A DNA stretch of 64,000 bases from Eledone cirrhosa (taxonomy: Eukaryota), in assembly GCA_964016885.1 (NCBI GenBank), contig OZ024740.1, positions 53,072,001-53,136,000 on the forward strand, in the 5' to 3' direction. Below, in pieces: positions 1-12,912 of the stretch. The notes under the pieces were generated by a model, which was not told the DNA's origin, ran no database searches, and saw nothing but the letters and a program-made list of their open reading frames with translations. The position numbers and the translations under genes are program-made. The stretch's first letter is position 1. Each line of letters begins with the position of its first letter.

Positions 1-97
1 AGTAATGCATTACTGCCTACCACTATTTAGGGTGTGTGTAAAATACTTATAACTACATAAGGTTTTGTATTTACATAACCATAAATAGTATAACTAA

Positions 98-182
<85 letters not shown>

Positions 183-191
183 CATATATAT

Positions 192-563
192 ATAGGAACC
201 AGTAAGACCCCGACAGCTGAGCTCAAGCCGTTTCGACGGCTAATTCTGGACTAAATGAAAATTTATCCTGGTATTTAAATAGCCGATCTTCTCAAGGGGT
301 AATTCCATATATGGTCAAAGTGATTGTCAAAAATTACTACTGATTTTTGACAATCACTTTGACCATATATGGAATTACCCCTTGAGAAGATCGGCTATTT
401 AAATACCAGGATAAATTTTCATTTAGTCCAGAATTAGCCGTCGAAACGGCTTGAGCTCAGCTGTCGGGGTCTTACTGGTTCCTATTACCCACTCTACTAC
501 CTCAAGTATTGAGTACTTTGGTGCGTTATGGTCCACCTGGTTCCTTACCACATTTCCTTCGTT
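192..563. mobile_element. Penelope pLTR-like cassette, family A, fold-back insertion in (TA)n
   Basis: Perfect inverted repeat 192-334 / 343-485 (143-bp arms, 8-nt loop) plus an unpaired 3' extension to 563; (TA)n on both sides; each arm holds an HHR. The same family is fused to the Penelope ORF at 31.0 kb. Confidence 0.75.
377..470 (+). ncRNA. Type I hammerhead ribozyme, U3-A8 variant (family A); mirror copy at 207-300 (-)
   Basis: Stem I ACCCC/GGGGT; core TTGAGAA (382-388); stem II GA-T-CGGCTA/TAGCCG-TC with a long insert; GAAA 443-446; stem III ACGGC/GCTGT with palindromic loop TGAGCTCA; GUC site, cleavage after 465. Confidence 0.75.
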
Positions 564-566
564 ACA

Positions 567-620
<54 letters not shown>

Positions 621-621
621 C

Positions 622-696
<75 letters not shown>

Positions 697-703
<7 letters not shown>

Positions 704-898
704 GTGAGGTTTTTTTTACAAAATGAAAAATAACCGAGGTGTCCTACACGAGTGAAAGTATAAAGAAAAAAAGATGAAATCGAAAATGCAACTGGAGTCT
801 TATTTAAAAAAAATATATATATATTTATTTGGTTCCTTTACAGGTTTCGCAGTTCTTCTGCTTTTCAAAAGTAGAGTTGAGATGGAGGGTCTGTGGTT

Positions 899-902
<4 letters not shown>
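697..902 (-). mobile_element. Penelope pLTR-like cassette, family C
   Basis: Homologous to 28089-28465 and 63976-64000; flanked by (TA)n; contains an HHR followed by AATAAA on the minus strand. Confidence 0.65.
836..871 (-). ncRNA. Minimal type I hammerhead, U3-A8 variant (family C)
   Basis: Minus strand reads CTT TTGAAAA GCAG-aagaa-CTGC GAAA CCTG TA AAG; the 28.15-kb copy shows stem III as the palindrome ACCGGT. Confidence 0.65.
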
Positions 903-955
<53 letters not shown>

Positions 956-964
956 ATATAGAAA

Positions 965-1015
965 AGCTTCTACAGGACTAATAGTGTTTCATTCGTGAGA
1001 AATCATCAGGAAGCT
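965..1015 (-). ncRNA. Type I hammerhead (family E)
   Basis: Minus strand reads AGCTTC CTGATGA tTTC-tcac-GAAt GAAA CActattagtccTG TA GAAGCT; 6-bp stem I, GUA site. Confidence 0.8.
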
Positions 1016-1038
1016 GACTGTCCAAGTAAATATGGTGG

Positions 1039-1098
1039 TATTTATATCCTTTCTGGTGGTAAGAGAGGGTGGGGATTGGGATAGTTGGAGGTCATTGG
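1039..1098 (-). promoter_or_regulatory. Putative pLTR Pol II promoter (two CCAAT boxes and a TATA box) upstream of the family E HHR
   Basis: Minus strand CCAAT at 1098-1094 and 1079-1075, TATAAATA at 1046-1039, about 25 nt before HHR stem I. Confidence 0.45.
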
Positions 1099-1226
1099 TT
1101 GATGGGTTTAAAGAAAAGGGAGTTCTTTAAAAGGTAATTCTTTAAAAGCTATAATTTATATTTAGAGTGAAAAAGGTAGAAAGAACTAGTTCAGATTGTG
1201 GTTACCCCCGATTGAACCCAGGATAA

Positions 1227-1315
<89 letters not shown>

Positions 1316-1699
1316 ATATATATATATGCATGTATAAGTATATATACATATCTATCATCCTGTCTGTCTATGTCCATATGCTTGTGCATGTGTACATATG
1401 TATGTGTATGTGGTTTTGTTTGTGTATGTATGTACATTTACACACGCACACGCACACACACATACACACGCACAAGCACACATACAAACACAGATATATG
1501 TATATGTATGTACATACATACATAATGATTTAACGTGGCGAACGAAGCCCTGTACAGAATAGACGAACCCGGTCGCAGTGGTTGACAGGAAAATTCTCTT
1601 CTAGGTTCAGTACCAGCGTCACAATTCTCCAGTATTTATTTTCAACAACACCTCTGCGTAGTCTTGAAGGAAGAGCCAGATTAATAAATAGCGTGTCTC

Positions 1700-2500
1700 T
1701 AGGTATCGTAATCAGAGGGTATGTTAGACTAGCGACGATGGTTAATGATATACAACAAGAACCTTCTTCGTTAATCCTTCTACCTTTCCTTCAGTGCTCC
1801 TGTGTAACGATGATTGGTGGATGGTTCTCCAATCTTGAGCAGGTGATAATTAACCACCCTGGAAGCCTACTCTGCCATGCGTATCTGCATATTTTACCGC
1901 GTAGCCACAATGATGGTGATCTCTGCCTGTTCAAGGACTTCAATGTTATGTTGCTAACTCCAATGGATATTATAGGCAGTGTGAAGGCAGCTGTGGTGGA
2001 GGTGATCAAGAGTCGTAGAGGGCGATGGCTTGTAACCCAAAACTGACACCTGTACATGAGCAAGATTAGTATAGCAGATCTGTACACGCTAATCTTTGTC
2101 CCTTTCCTCAGGTGCTTGCTGTTCCACCCCCTATTGTACAGCCAACTGAATGCACAGTTTACATTTACCAGTCTGGTGTCAATCTTTTTAATGATCTTGG
2201 CATCTGGCGCGATGACACACCTCACGTAGCTGAATTGATGGACTATTTTCAGCTCCGTTTTACCGATGGTCATGCTCGGAAGATGGTAATCCTCCTGAGA
2301 ATCATTTCAAAGAGTTCATTAGCCTATTTGAAGCAGGATATTATACTTCCCACGGTTGACTCTGCGTGGTAAATAAGCGTATCATCGTCTGCAAATAAGT
2401 AGGTCCCTAATGAAATGCTTGATTTTATTAGAGTGGGACTGTCATAGCCTCAGTTTGAACAGCTTCCATTGGTACGGTATCGGGTTTAGAACCGTCCTCC
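1700..2500 (-). mobile_element. RTE/BovB-like LINE relic (RT C-terminal half)
   Basis: Minus strand DLLFADD near 2385-2405 and the ORF text KIDTRL..AFSWLYNRGWNSKHLRKGTKISVYRSAIL..LMY, typical of RTE-clade ORF2; stops and frameshifts. Confidence 0.75.
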
Positions 2501-2589
2501 ACGCCTATCACTTCTGTGAGCATCATGATGAAGAATGTGGCAAAGCAAAATGCTTCCGCATGTTCATCCAGTTATTATTGAGTAAGTAT

Positions 2590-2737
2590 CCAAATATGCT
2601 TTGCAGCCCTCTACGTTCTGAGTTCAAATCCCGCCGAGGTTAACTTTGCCTTTCATCCTTACAGGGTCGATAAAATAAAGTACCAGTAATGTACCGGGAT
2701 ATTTTCTGAGCTTGTGCCAAATGTAGAAACAGTTATT
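2590..2737 (+). mobile_element. tRNA-derived SINE (octopus-type)
   Basis: B-box GAGTTCAAATCC followed by the conserved core GCCTTTCATCC..GGGTCGATAAAATAAAGTACCAGT; more than 10 copies in the window. Confidence 0.8.
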
Positions 2738-2899
2738 ATTGAGTAAACATTTACTCAATTTATTCAATATATCTATCGGCACGTGCTGTGTTTTATTTTA
2801 GTTTTATATTTACTATTGCAGTGAATGTATTCTACACAGCATATAAGACATACCTAGTAGTACTATTTTTGTTATGATGTGCACGTTTATAAGACCTGC

Positions 2900-3590
2900 A
2901 TACTTAGTTATGTATTTGACTGCATATTTTTTTCCTTTAAATCAAAGGGATTTTTTCTGTTTTCACACTCCACATTCTCGTTAACCCTATATCTAGATTC
3001 GGATCATTTCTTGATTATTTTAGAGATGCCTTATCGTCTGTTGAAACTGATATTTCAGCTAGAAGACACTTTCTTTCCTGTTGATCCTTGACAACAATAT
3101 CTGGCAGATTAGTATCGATCTGTCTGTGGATATACATATCCCAGAATATGGTCACTTTGTTATGGTCTGATACCTTTTCTGGTGTACGTTTGTGTCACGT
3201 ATTTTCTGTTTGTATTTTATAAGCTTAGCGTAATTATCAGTGTATGAAAGTCCTAACATTGTCCTGACTGAAAATATATTCTTAAGTGGCTAAGAATGGG
3301 CAATTGTTAATTGTTTTTGTCCAATCCCCACATATATTGCAGTTATTTAATTTATTCTATTTCATTATATTATTTTGCTAGTTTCTGGTGGGAAGGCTAT
3401 GATCCTCTGCCTCGATCAAGAATCTCTCTGTCTCAGCTTTGAGTCACGTGTCTCTGGGACAGCATTCAGAATTTTCTTAGTTTTGTCTGTCAGCTTTTTT
3501 CAATATATTTCTCATGTATTAGCCATATAAAGGTTTTTCCCCATCATTTTAGCATCACATTCTGTAGTCCCATTTTTAGATTAATATTTG
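2900..3590 (-). mobile_element. R4/Dong-clade LINE relic (C-terminus with restriction-like endonuclease)
   Basis: Minus strand LKAETERFLIEAEDHSLPTRN and KVTIFWDMYI..NLPDIVVKDQQE (PD..D nuclease motif); degenerate. Confidence 0.65.
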
Positions 3591-3607
3591 TTTTTCTCTC
3601 TATTTCA

Positions 3608-3638
<31 letters not shown>

Positions 3639-6339
3639 CTTCTTCTTCTTCTTCTTCACTAGAATGCAATTGTTTAATTGTTACTTACGTAGAGGAACGA
3701 GTTAAATTTAATTATGCGGACGTCATTTCTTAGCATGTATATGCTTATTTAGTTCAGTAGAGCCCTCCATCCTTCAATCTAAAACTCTAGTATGATGCGA
3801 ACTCAAGTAAAGCAAGCCTTTTTCATTAATTGTATAGTACTACTGCTGTTTGTAGCAGCAACGTGATGTAAAACGAATCTGCCAGTAGGCAGACACCTTC
3901 TCTAGAATAGGGAAACTGTGAACTTCCCTTGTATTATAGAACAGGAACCACACAAATATCTTTTGTGACAGCTTAATTTACATCATAATATATAATATTT
4001 AGCTACCTTTATTTTACGTTACAGAAGCAAAAAAATGTTTCACTTATATTATTACATAACAACCGCGGTTATATTCGGGTCTATTGAAGCATATTCACCA
4101 TCGGAAGTTTAAATCCGACAGCAGTTGAAATACCTCCTAGATGTACATATTTAACTGGTTTCGGAACACTTCATCAAATTAATAAGAGTCGCATGACACC
4201 TTTTCAAAAGTGTATTATAGTTCGTGTCTTCTCTCTGAGCATTTACATTACTGCATTGATTGACCACGTTTCACCCTTTGGCCCGAAGGAGGCTCATTTC
4301 GATGACAGGCCATTATAACAAGATCTATTCATAATATTCCGTTGCTTTATCAAAGTTTTTGCGTAACAGTCATTACCTTTAATTAATAATTAGCCATGAT
4401 AAAACTATACTTCTGTTTTTTATTTTTTTTATTTCATGTATGTCTCCTTTATCCAACGCCCAGCTAAAAGTTACACTTCTATTACAATTCCGGGATACTT
4501 TTTCCTTATCCTCCAGCCACCCGTGTTCTTTATTGTTATATTCAAATTTCATAATTGCCGACTATTAGTAGCTGCCAATTTGAACGCATATTTTTTGTAT
4601 TGTTAAACCAATAATTTTTTCTTGTCATCCGAGATTACCAAGATTTCAGTTTTACCCAACCATTTTTGATACGTCGATCAGTCAATAGATAAACCTAATA
4701 GGATATTCAATCAATTGGATAGCGATTGACAAACTTCAGATACTAAGAGGGGAAAGTTTCAGCAACCAGTAAAAAGAAATCAAATATGAGCCATCATAAG
4801 AACCACTCTAGGGTCACCTTATCTGCTAGTAATAATGTCTAATTTTCTCTCAAATCACCCTAAAATAAAGAAGGATAATCCAATTGTATTAAAGATAAAA
4901 TTTCACCAGTTGATATAAATAAATTAAACTTTGACAGCGAGAAAACTTCTACGTGGTCACTTGAGCCGTTAAAAATAGCAGCCAAATCTTCCTCTATGCA
5001 CACTGTACCATATTTCAAATATAGAAGGATACATTGTTCAATGTTGCTTCTGATATACGCTGGTTTGTCAATACTAGATTAATGATAGTAGAGGAACTAA
5101 CAATAAAAGAATAATACTTTCTACCGTAGGTACAAGGTACAAATAAATGAGGGGTGAGGAAGATTTAGAATCGATTGAATCATAGTCAGTACTAGTTCGT
5201 ACTTACTTTCCTCACCTCGAAATAATTTCAACAATATGTTGGGACCGTAGCTCTACCAAATAGTCTATCATCCGACTTATAAGGTAAATAATTGGAGTAA
5301 TACCTCAAATTATTTCGATTATTTTTCTTTTTGAAATTAATAAACAAGAATTGTATTTAATCTATATTTAAAATTTATTTTTAGCATATTTATTTTGTAA
5401 AAAAAAAAAATTCCTTGTCAAATGTTCAGTGCCAACGTACATACATTTTCACCCCAAATTCTTGTATTAATTTATATCTACCTCATATCACAATCTGCTA
5501 GATGTAGCAGCCGAACCTCCCCTATCTTAAATCATACATTCTCTTCTTTAAATTAAAAATATACATTGGATAATGTTGTCTCTGATATAAAACAGACGGG
5601 ATCGTCATTTCTGGAACAACGCTTTTGATCAGAGCTATAATCGATTTGGGCTTAACTAGAGCTAAATACCAACGACAACAACAACATGCATATATCTAAA
5701 TATGTTTACTTTTACGTAAATATGTTCAAAGAAGCAGTGTTCTACTAGAGAACGAATGGTAGGTGACGGATAACGGTAGGGCCACCAGATATGGTGGTTA
5801 GTTGCGATATAAGTGAGCAACTGCCGATTGAATAAACAATCCTAGACCAACAGAGTTAAACTACTAGGGGAGATGGAGCAGTGAGTAACACTGTTAACTC
5901 CCTAGAAAACTCTCACAGCCCATTGATGTAGCTATGACAAGGCGAGGAAAGACCGCCTCTAAAAATGCCTAGTTCTCGCAAGTCTGAAAAAAATACAGAT
6001 TGCTAACAGGTGCGAATAAGACCACCAAAACACTGCAATATAGCTAGACACAACAAAGGTAGTCACACAGCATCTTCCTTTGCATGGGTTAGCAAGGGAT
6101 GCGTTCAAGACTTAGGTAGAGGGGTCTGTTCGAAAAGTATATTGCAGTCTCCATATCATGTTGTAAAAACTGGCGATAGGCATGCGACCTGATTTAGCAG
6201 GCGTAGGGTGAACGCACAAAGGCTGCGTGTATCCAGACCCCAAAGAGGGTTTAGAAAGGAGCAAATCGTAAACAATAGAACCCAGAACATCACAACCCTT
6301 AGGGGTAAGGAGCAGCACCTAATGGAGGCAACTAAGAGG

Positions 6340-6740
6340 GAAGATTTGCCTTTTGTAGATTAGGCTGAAAGAGTTCTATCAATAGAGATGTGCATTCTCG
6401 CACGATAGAGAGAATACTTTGCCGAGCTCCTACACTTGATCACAACAGCATCTTCTGGTGTACACGAGGTACAGCTGGGTGTGGTGACTAATCTGTCGGA
6501 GGCTGAGGTCACAGGAACAATTAAAGAGCTCAAATGCAGTCAAATGTGAGTCCGCTGGGCCAGAAATATTAAAATCCTTAAATAGAGAGGGTATTATCTG
6601 GTTCACTCGTGTGTGCCGGGTGATCTGGATTACTTAAAGGACATTTGAAAAAAGGGGGGGGTAAGAGAGATTGATCTAATTACAGAAGGATCTGCTTGTT
6701 AAGCCTCCTCGGTAACGTCTATGTTATAATAAACTAAGGA
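6340..6740 (+). mobile_element. RTE (Expander/Rex3-like) LINE relic, upstream of the RT
   Basis: Frames read REYFAELL, LSEAEVTGTIKELK and PEILKSLNREGIIWFTRVCRVIW. Confidence 0.55.
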
Positions 6741-8213
6741 GGCGTAAAATAATATTCGAGATAAGCTTAATTGTGTGATGATTAGTTATTTCTTTTATTC
6801 AGGTCGTTATTTTAAGATTTCAGTGTATAACTGATTGAACGGAGACGACAAGGTAAATGATAGGATAAAGGACAACCAGCCGGCATTACATTGTAGCAAT
6901 AGCAAAGAATCTAAATTATTATAAGTACCAGGTTTAATGTGTTATAGTTGATGCTGACACAAACGACCTTCTCTGTCTATTTTTTCCGATTACATTATCC
7001 AATATATCTTTCCGTTCGTAAGGCTAATATAAGGGATCTAAATGAGATTTCGTTACTATTTCTAGCAAGTCAAGTGGCTAAGAAGAATCTCCCATATTGG
7101 CTCAAAGCAGATAATGTGCATGCTATAATTCACTAGTGCAGTTAGGGGTTGCACTGGGAAATTTACCAGTAATTAATTGCTTTCCATCTAGTTCTACACA
7201 TGCTACATAAACTGTTATCAACGATAGAGTAGCGGCATATTCAGGGATATATTTATCACGTGTCCATTATACGCCGTGGTAATCGGAAAGCCGTAGGTTT
7301 GTATTACACTATACGATCAAATTTTAGCAGACCAGAAAATATACTACGTTCAATCCCTCTGTCTATACTTTAATCTGCAAAAGTTGGACTTTTGCCTGCG
7401 TAAGAAAACATTAATTATTTCTAGCTGTTTCCTGCCATCATAAGCAAGTTTACCACATGTTATATGACCCCAGAAATACACCGCTGTTTTTAATATATCT
7501 CAGCATAGTACTAAGAGCTGTATTATATACTGTGTGAAGATACATTTAATTTGGTGTTCTCTAAAGTATATTCCTTTAATTTCATTTGATGGAAACACAT
7601 TAAATGATTTTAATATTTTCAGAGCCTAACAGCTACTGGACCAATCTTCAAAGCAGACGCATCATAAAAGCTATAACTCAGCAGTCGATCTCATTGTAAT
7701 AGACCTGCATTAATAGAGGTTACCATAAATATTCATGTGTTAATGAAGAACTTCATCAGATATAAATGTATATGTGTGCGTCGCACACACACTCTGACAC
7801 ACATACACACATTTCTCTTTAGGTTGGTATGAGGGCAGATACATATATATATATATAGGTTTATAACACACATATACATATATTTAAATATGTGTTTGTA
7901 TATGTGTACATGTATGTAGTAATATATAAAAACATAGAAATATATATTTATTCACGTGTAGAAATATATATAAATTTATAGCCATAAGTGTCAGTTATAG
8001 AAATATAGATATGACTATAAATACACATATATGCGTCTGTAGTAGTGCTTTTAAGCGTATATATATTTATATTACACACACAAACAAATATATATATGTA
8101 TATATATGTGTGTGTGTAAAACACTCACACTCACAGACATACACACACATATATATATATATAGTAGGTGTGGTTTAAACACTCATACACACACACGCAT
8201 ATATGTATGTATG

Positions 8214-8265
<52 letters not shown>

Positions 8266-9769
8266 CATACATACTATATGAACCAAATACATGCTAGTGA
8301 TAGAATGGATGAATGCGTCATAAATATAATTTCACAAGTGAGAACACAATATGTATCACACCTAACCACAAACTAGCAGTAAGAATATATTACAAGAAAA
8401 ACGCCAAAATGAAAAAAAAAAAGAAGCTCATCCACACGAAACTACAAGCCTGCAAGCCACGACATGTATTTTTTAATAACCAATGTAATATACAAATGTC
8501 AATGTAAACATGTGTGTCGTAAACTTCGTGACCCAAACAGTTACATCGGAGGCACAAGTGGGCATACGTTCTCCCCGGCTGACCAAGCAGCCAAATATCC
8601 TGCCAAATTGAACCAAAATTATTGAAAATGGTAGTTACTTTGATAAACAAATTATAAATGTTAACGTAAGATGTTATTTTGGAAATTAATTCTAAATAAA
8701 ACCTATTGGCGGAGTATGAACAATTTTATTACTCAACTTTGTTCAAGCATTTGACTCGCATGACGTGAACCTAAAAGATAAAATCCCTTTGAAATTAAAG
8801 CAGCAACTGCATATGATTAAGGCGACCACCAAGGCAGAACAAATGAAACTTAGACGTAAACGAAGAAGATAGTAGGCACATGGCGATGAATGTAGATCCG
8901 AATATAGTTGAAAATGCATTCAGTTACCATAGTATCACTTATTCAGTTCAGATCTACTCGGAGTCAATTTTGCTTTCCATTCTTAAAATTTTAATAAAAT
9001 AAGTAACATATTGTATTCGATTCGACTGCCTATTTTACTCACTAAATATGTAACATTGTGTCAATATTAAAAATATAAGGTAACTACAAATATAAGACAA
9101 TTTCACATCTCCTCAGAGTTAAGAAAACGAGCAGCAGCAGGTCTAAACTGTTTCTTATTCACATTTTCTCTCACAATATTTCATTTCTATGTAAGAAAAA
9201 ACCGAGGCAAACTTGTTGAAGACCTATAGATTCTCTGTCACATAATTCATTTTCTCCCCTATAATTGAAACTATTTTTCTCGGCTTACATTATTAAACGC
9301 ATGCAAATCACGAATCGGACCACGTATTCAAACCACGCATGCAAACCACGTATCGCTATTTGCAAAAGAAAACAAAAAAGAATTCGTCCTTTAGCATTTC
9401 TAAACAGTTGCTATGATGTAATAGTGAACAACCTCTGGTTGCCTGATGACAAGAATAGAAGAAAACAGTATCCATGGAATTTGCCCAACATCCTTTCACT
9501 AACTGATAGAAGAAAAAAGAGAATTCATGACATGTTACATATTTAAGAAAAGAATAAGGAAGGGACTGTTGTGGTCTTGATACATTTCCAAACAAATATT
9601 AGGGTCCTAAATTAAATGAAGTATAGAGAATAAAGTGATATTGCTACACCTGGAAGTTAAAACTGAGTTGAAAATTCTGACGTTGACAACTTATATTTTA
9701 TTATAATAAGACATATATGGCAATTGTGCATATTTATGATGTTATGTTATTACTAAATATGTAATGCAT

Positions 9770-10370
9770 AGGTGGGCAGCATCGGTAGAGCGTCGGACAA
9801 CATGCTTTTCAGCATATACTTACGTGTCTTTACGTTCGAATCCCACCGAGGCTACCTTTGCCTCTCAACCTTACGGGGTCGATAGAATAAAGTACCAGTA
9901 ATACACTGAGGTCGATTTAATCAATTTTCCCCTTCACATCACATTGCTAACCTTGTGGCAAAAGTAGAAACAATTATTAGATGGCGATGAAATGGCAGTA
10001 TCGGTAGAGCATCGGACAAAATGCTTTGTGGTATTTTGTTGTGGTTTTTTATGTTCTGAGTTCAAATCCCACCTAAGTCTACTTTGCCTTTTACCTTGTC
10101 GGGGTGGGTAAAATATAATACCAGTCAAGTACTGGTCGATAATCGACCTTCTCCCAAATTGCTGGATTTATGCCAATATTAGAAATGATTGTTACTAAAC
10201 ATGCAGATCACACAACAGGTAGTGGTAGACTATATATGCTTTCAGGGTTTAATTACGACCCTTTACAATCTGAGTTCGAATTCCAGAGAGGTTGTTTTGC
10301 ATGTTAACCTTCTGGGATTGATAAACAGGCTCCTGTAAAGTACACAATTTAATTAAATTGAGTGATCCCC
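9770..10370 (+). mobile_element. Three tandem tRNA-derived SINE copies
   Basis: A-box-like GGCAG.ATCGGTAGAGC in the first two copies, B-box-like GTTC(G/A)AAT(C/T)C and the SINE core at about 9770-9975, 9985-10190 and 10210-10370. Confidence 0.7.
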
Positions 10371-11140
10371 TTACAATAAAACCTCTTGCATTACTACTTT
10401 AGTACTAAACGTTTATTACATAACTCCAGAGGTGTTCACACTATGTTCATTTTTAAGTATTCGTTTTATATCTACACTTTCCTCCAGTTAAAATTGTTCT
10501 TAGATGTTTTTCTCACTGGAGCAAACATTAACAATCTTTCATATCTACATTTGGTAGTTGTACTCTAAAATTAAACCTGCACTTCTGGCAGTAATGCAGT
10601 TATTCATGTGATAACAATGATTTCTCCATATTTTTCAGTGGTTAGATTTTTTCCTTCCACATTTTATATTTTTAAATTGCACAATTTCGCTTTGCCTAAG
10701 CTATTTCTAGTTCTATTAATAAACTGTTTTACATTTTGAATATAATTATATTTGCAAGTATTTTACGTTCAAATGATCAGCAATTTCATTTTCATGCATA
10801 GCTTCCGTCAGTCCAATATCCCATTTCACACTTTGAAGCTCTTATCAGTACCATTTTTTCTGCGTGTTACTGATAGAAAAACATATTTGTGAAATTTAAG
10901 CTGTAGTTTAATTACCTTTTGTTTTAGCGTCATTATTATTATCATAATTATTTTGGTCTCAGCTTAACCTTACTTTCACGCGTCTCTTTTGCAGTTGCAC
11001 TTTTTCTTTCTTCTATGATCATTAACTTTTTATTTTATTTTCATTGCTCTGTTATTTAATTTCACTTCTTAGAAACTAGACATTGCATCTTCCACTTTTG
11101 TTTTAATAGATTATTATTTCCTGATCTCTCTGCCTGTTAA

Positions 11141-11208
<68 letters not shown>

Positions 11209-12107
11209 TCTCTCACACACACGCACGTATATTATTTGTCAATTCATACATAGTCATTGGCTTATAGTGTGCCACTAACGTTAGTTTTCTTAAATACTTC
11301 CTTCATATACTTACATATCTACTTCTAATTTAATTTATCATCCTAACCTTCCATCACATGCTTGTCATAATTATTCCACCATTTAGCATTTCAAGAAAAT
11401 CTGAACTGTGTTTATCACATACGTTGGAACTGCTCTGCAGTTGCTTTCTGACTCCTACCCAACATATAATTCCGATCATTTTGTCTCTTCGTATATATCT
11501 GAAGATTTTGAAAGACACGTCTAATTTAGTTAAAGGCTCGTAGTTTTTTTCCCTTGTTGAACATTTTCCGAATTAAGAAACAAAACATTACAAACGAATT
11601 CTATCGGGATGACATAAATTATGAGTCTATATCTACATTTTAAGACACTTTCATTCTATTTAAAACTAAATTCTTCAGCAATAATTTTGAATAACATTAA
11701 TATGTATCATCGAAATGGTTGTCAGACGCTCACAGTACTCTATAATACAAGTAATAAAGTAGTGGATTCTACAAATTGCAAATAGTGGGCATGAGCAACG
11801 TTGCTCTAGATGGATGCTCCGATACTCGATGAAGATCAGCTTAAATATCTCTTATAGAAAAATTTCTGGTAAGGGAATGTGTCCACTCTGAACACAACTA
11901 AGAGAGGAGAGTTACTTTTGGTAGAGATCTATGTAGCTCCCTGATTGATCCTACGTCACTGATCTTTATGATTGTGATCATTTCATTGTAAATGTTACAA
12001 TTTATTATATATTTTTTTGTTGGTAATATTTCAAGCTTGTTTCCCATACTCAAAGTAAACTTCCGCATCACAATAAGGTAACTCCTCACTGGCTCCCTTT
12101 GAGACAA

Positions 12108-12319
12108 TATGGATTGACAGTATCGGTAGAGAGTCGGACACCATGCTTTGCATCATATAGTTACGGCCCTTTACGTTCTGAATTAAAATCCCACCGAGGT
12201 TAGCTTTGCCTTTCATCCCCATGAGGTCGATAAAACAAAACACCAGTAATACACTGGGGTCAATTTAATCGACTCTCCCCACCTCCAAAATTGCTGGCCT
12301 TGTGCTTAAAGTAGAAACA

Positions 12320-12366
<47 letters not shown>

Positions 12367-12520
12367 CATAACGCCCTGAGTTTAAATCCCGTCCAGGTTA
12401 ACATTGCCTTTCATTATTATGGGGTCGATAAAATAAAGCACCTGTAACGCACTGAGGTCAATTTAATCGACTTTCTACTACCCCCAAAATTGTTGGTCTG
12501 GGGTCTTAATCTGAAATCAT
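12108..12520 (+). mobile_element. Two tRNA-derived SINE copies separated by an (ATT)n tail
   Basis: Same head and core as the 2590 copy; (ATT)n at 12320-12365. Confidence 0.75.
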
Positions 12521-12544
12521 TATCATTATTATTATTATTTTGTT

Positions 12545-12881
12545 CGTTCGTTTGTCGACACGTATTGCAGATTGACCTTGTAAGTTTATTGTTCCATTGT
12601 TTTCTAACTTATTTTGTTGAACATTTGATATTGTTTTATCGTAGTTAAACTAACCTGTCTTGGGAGCGTATTAGTTTTTCCATACCTTTATCCCGTAGGG
12701 AATAAACCGGTGTTTGTTTACCAAACACGCCCCTCAATTATTTTCAAATTAAGATGGCGGACGACAAAAATTTCTCTGATGTGTTCAAAAGGAATCTTTC
12801 CACAAGACAGAACAGCTGGCTGCCCCCAACGACACCACTGTCACCACCACCACCACTACCACTGCCAGCAGCAGTAGCAAT

Positions 12882-12912
<31 letters not shown>

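Noticed and set aside
423-623. Recurrent peptide DHNAP.YSIL.VVEWVIG in several ORFs
   Set aside because: It is the antisense reading of the multi-copy family A pLTR; recurrence reflects DNA repetition, not shown coding constraint.
9985-10075. tRNA-like A/B boxes
   Set aside because: No complete cloverleaf; these are SINE heads repeated across the window.
11494-11685. Two hammerhead-like strings (CTGAAGA tttt GAAA GACacGTC TA at 11499; minus-strand CTGAAGA near 11674-11680)
   Set aside because: Stem I and/or stem II missing or weak, no second copy; compatible with chance in AT-rich DNA.
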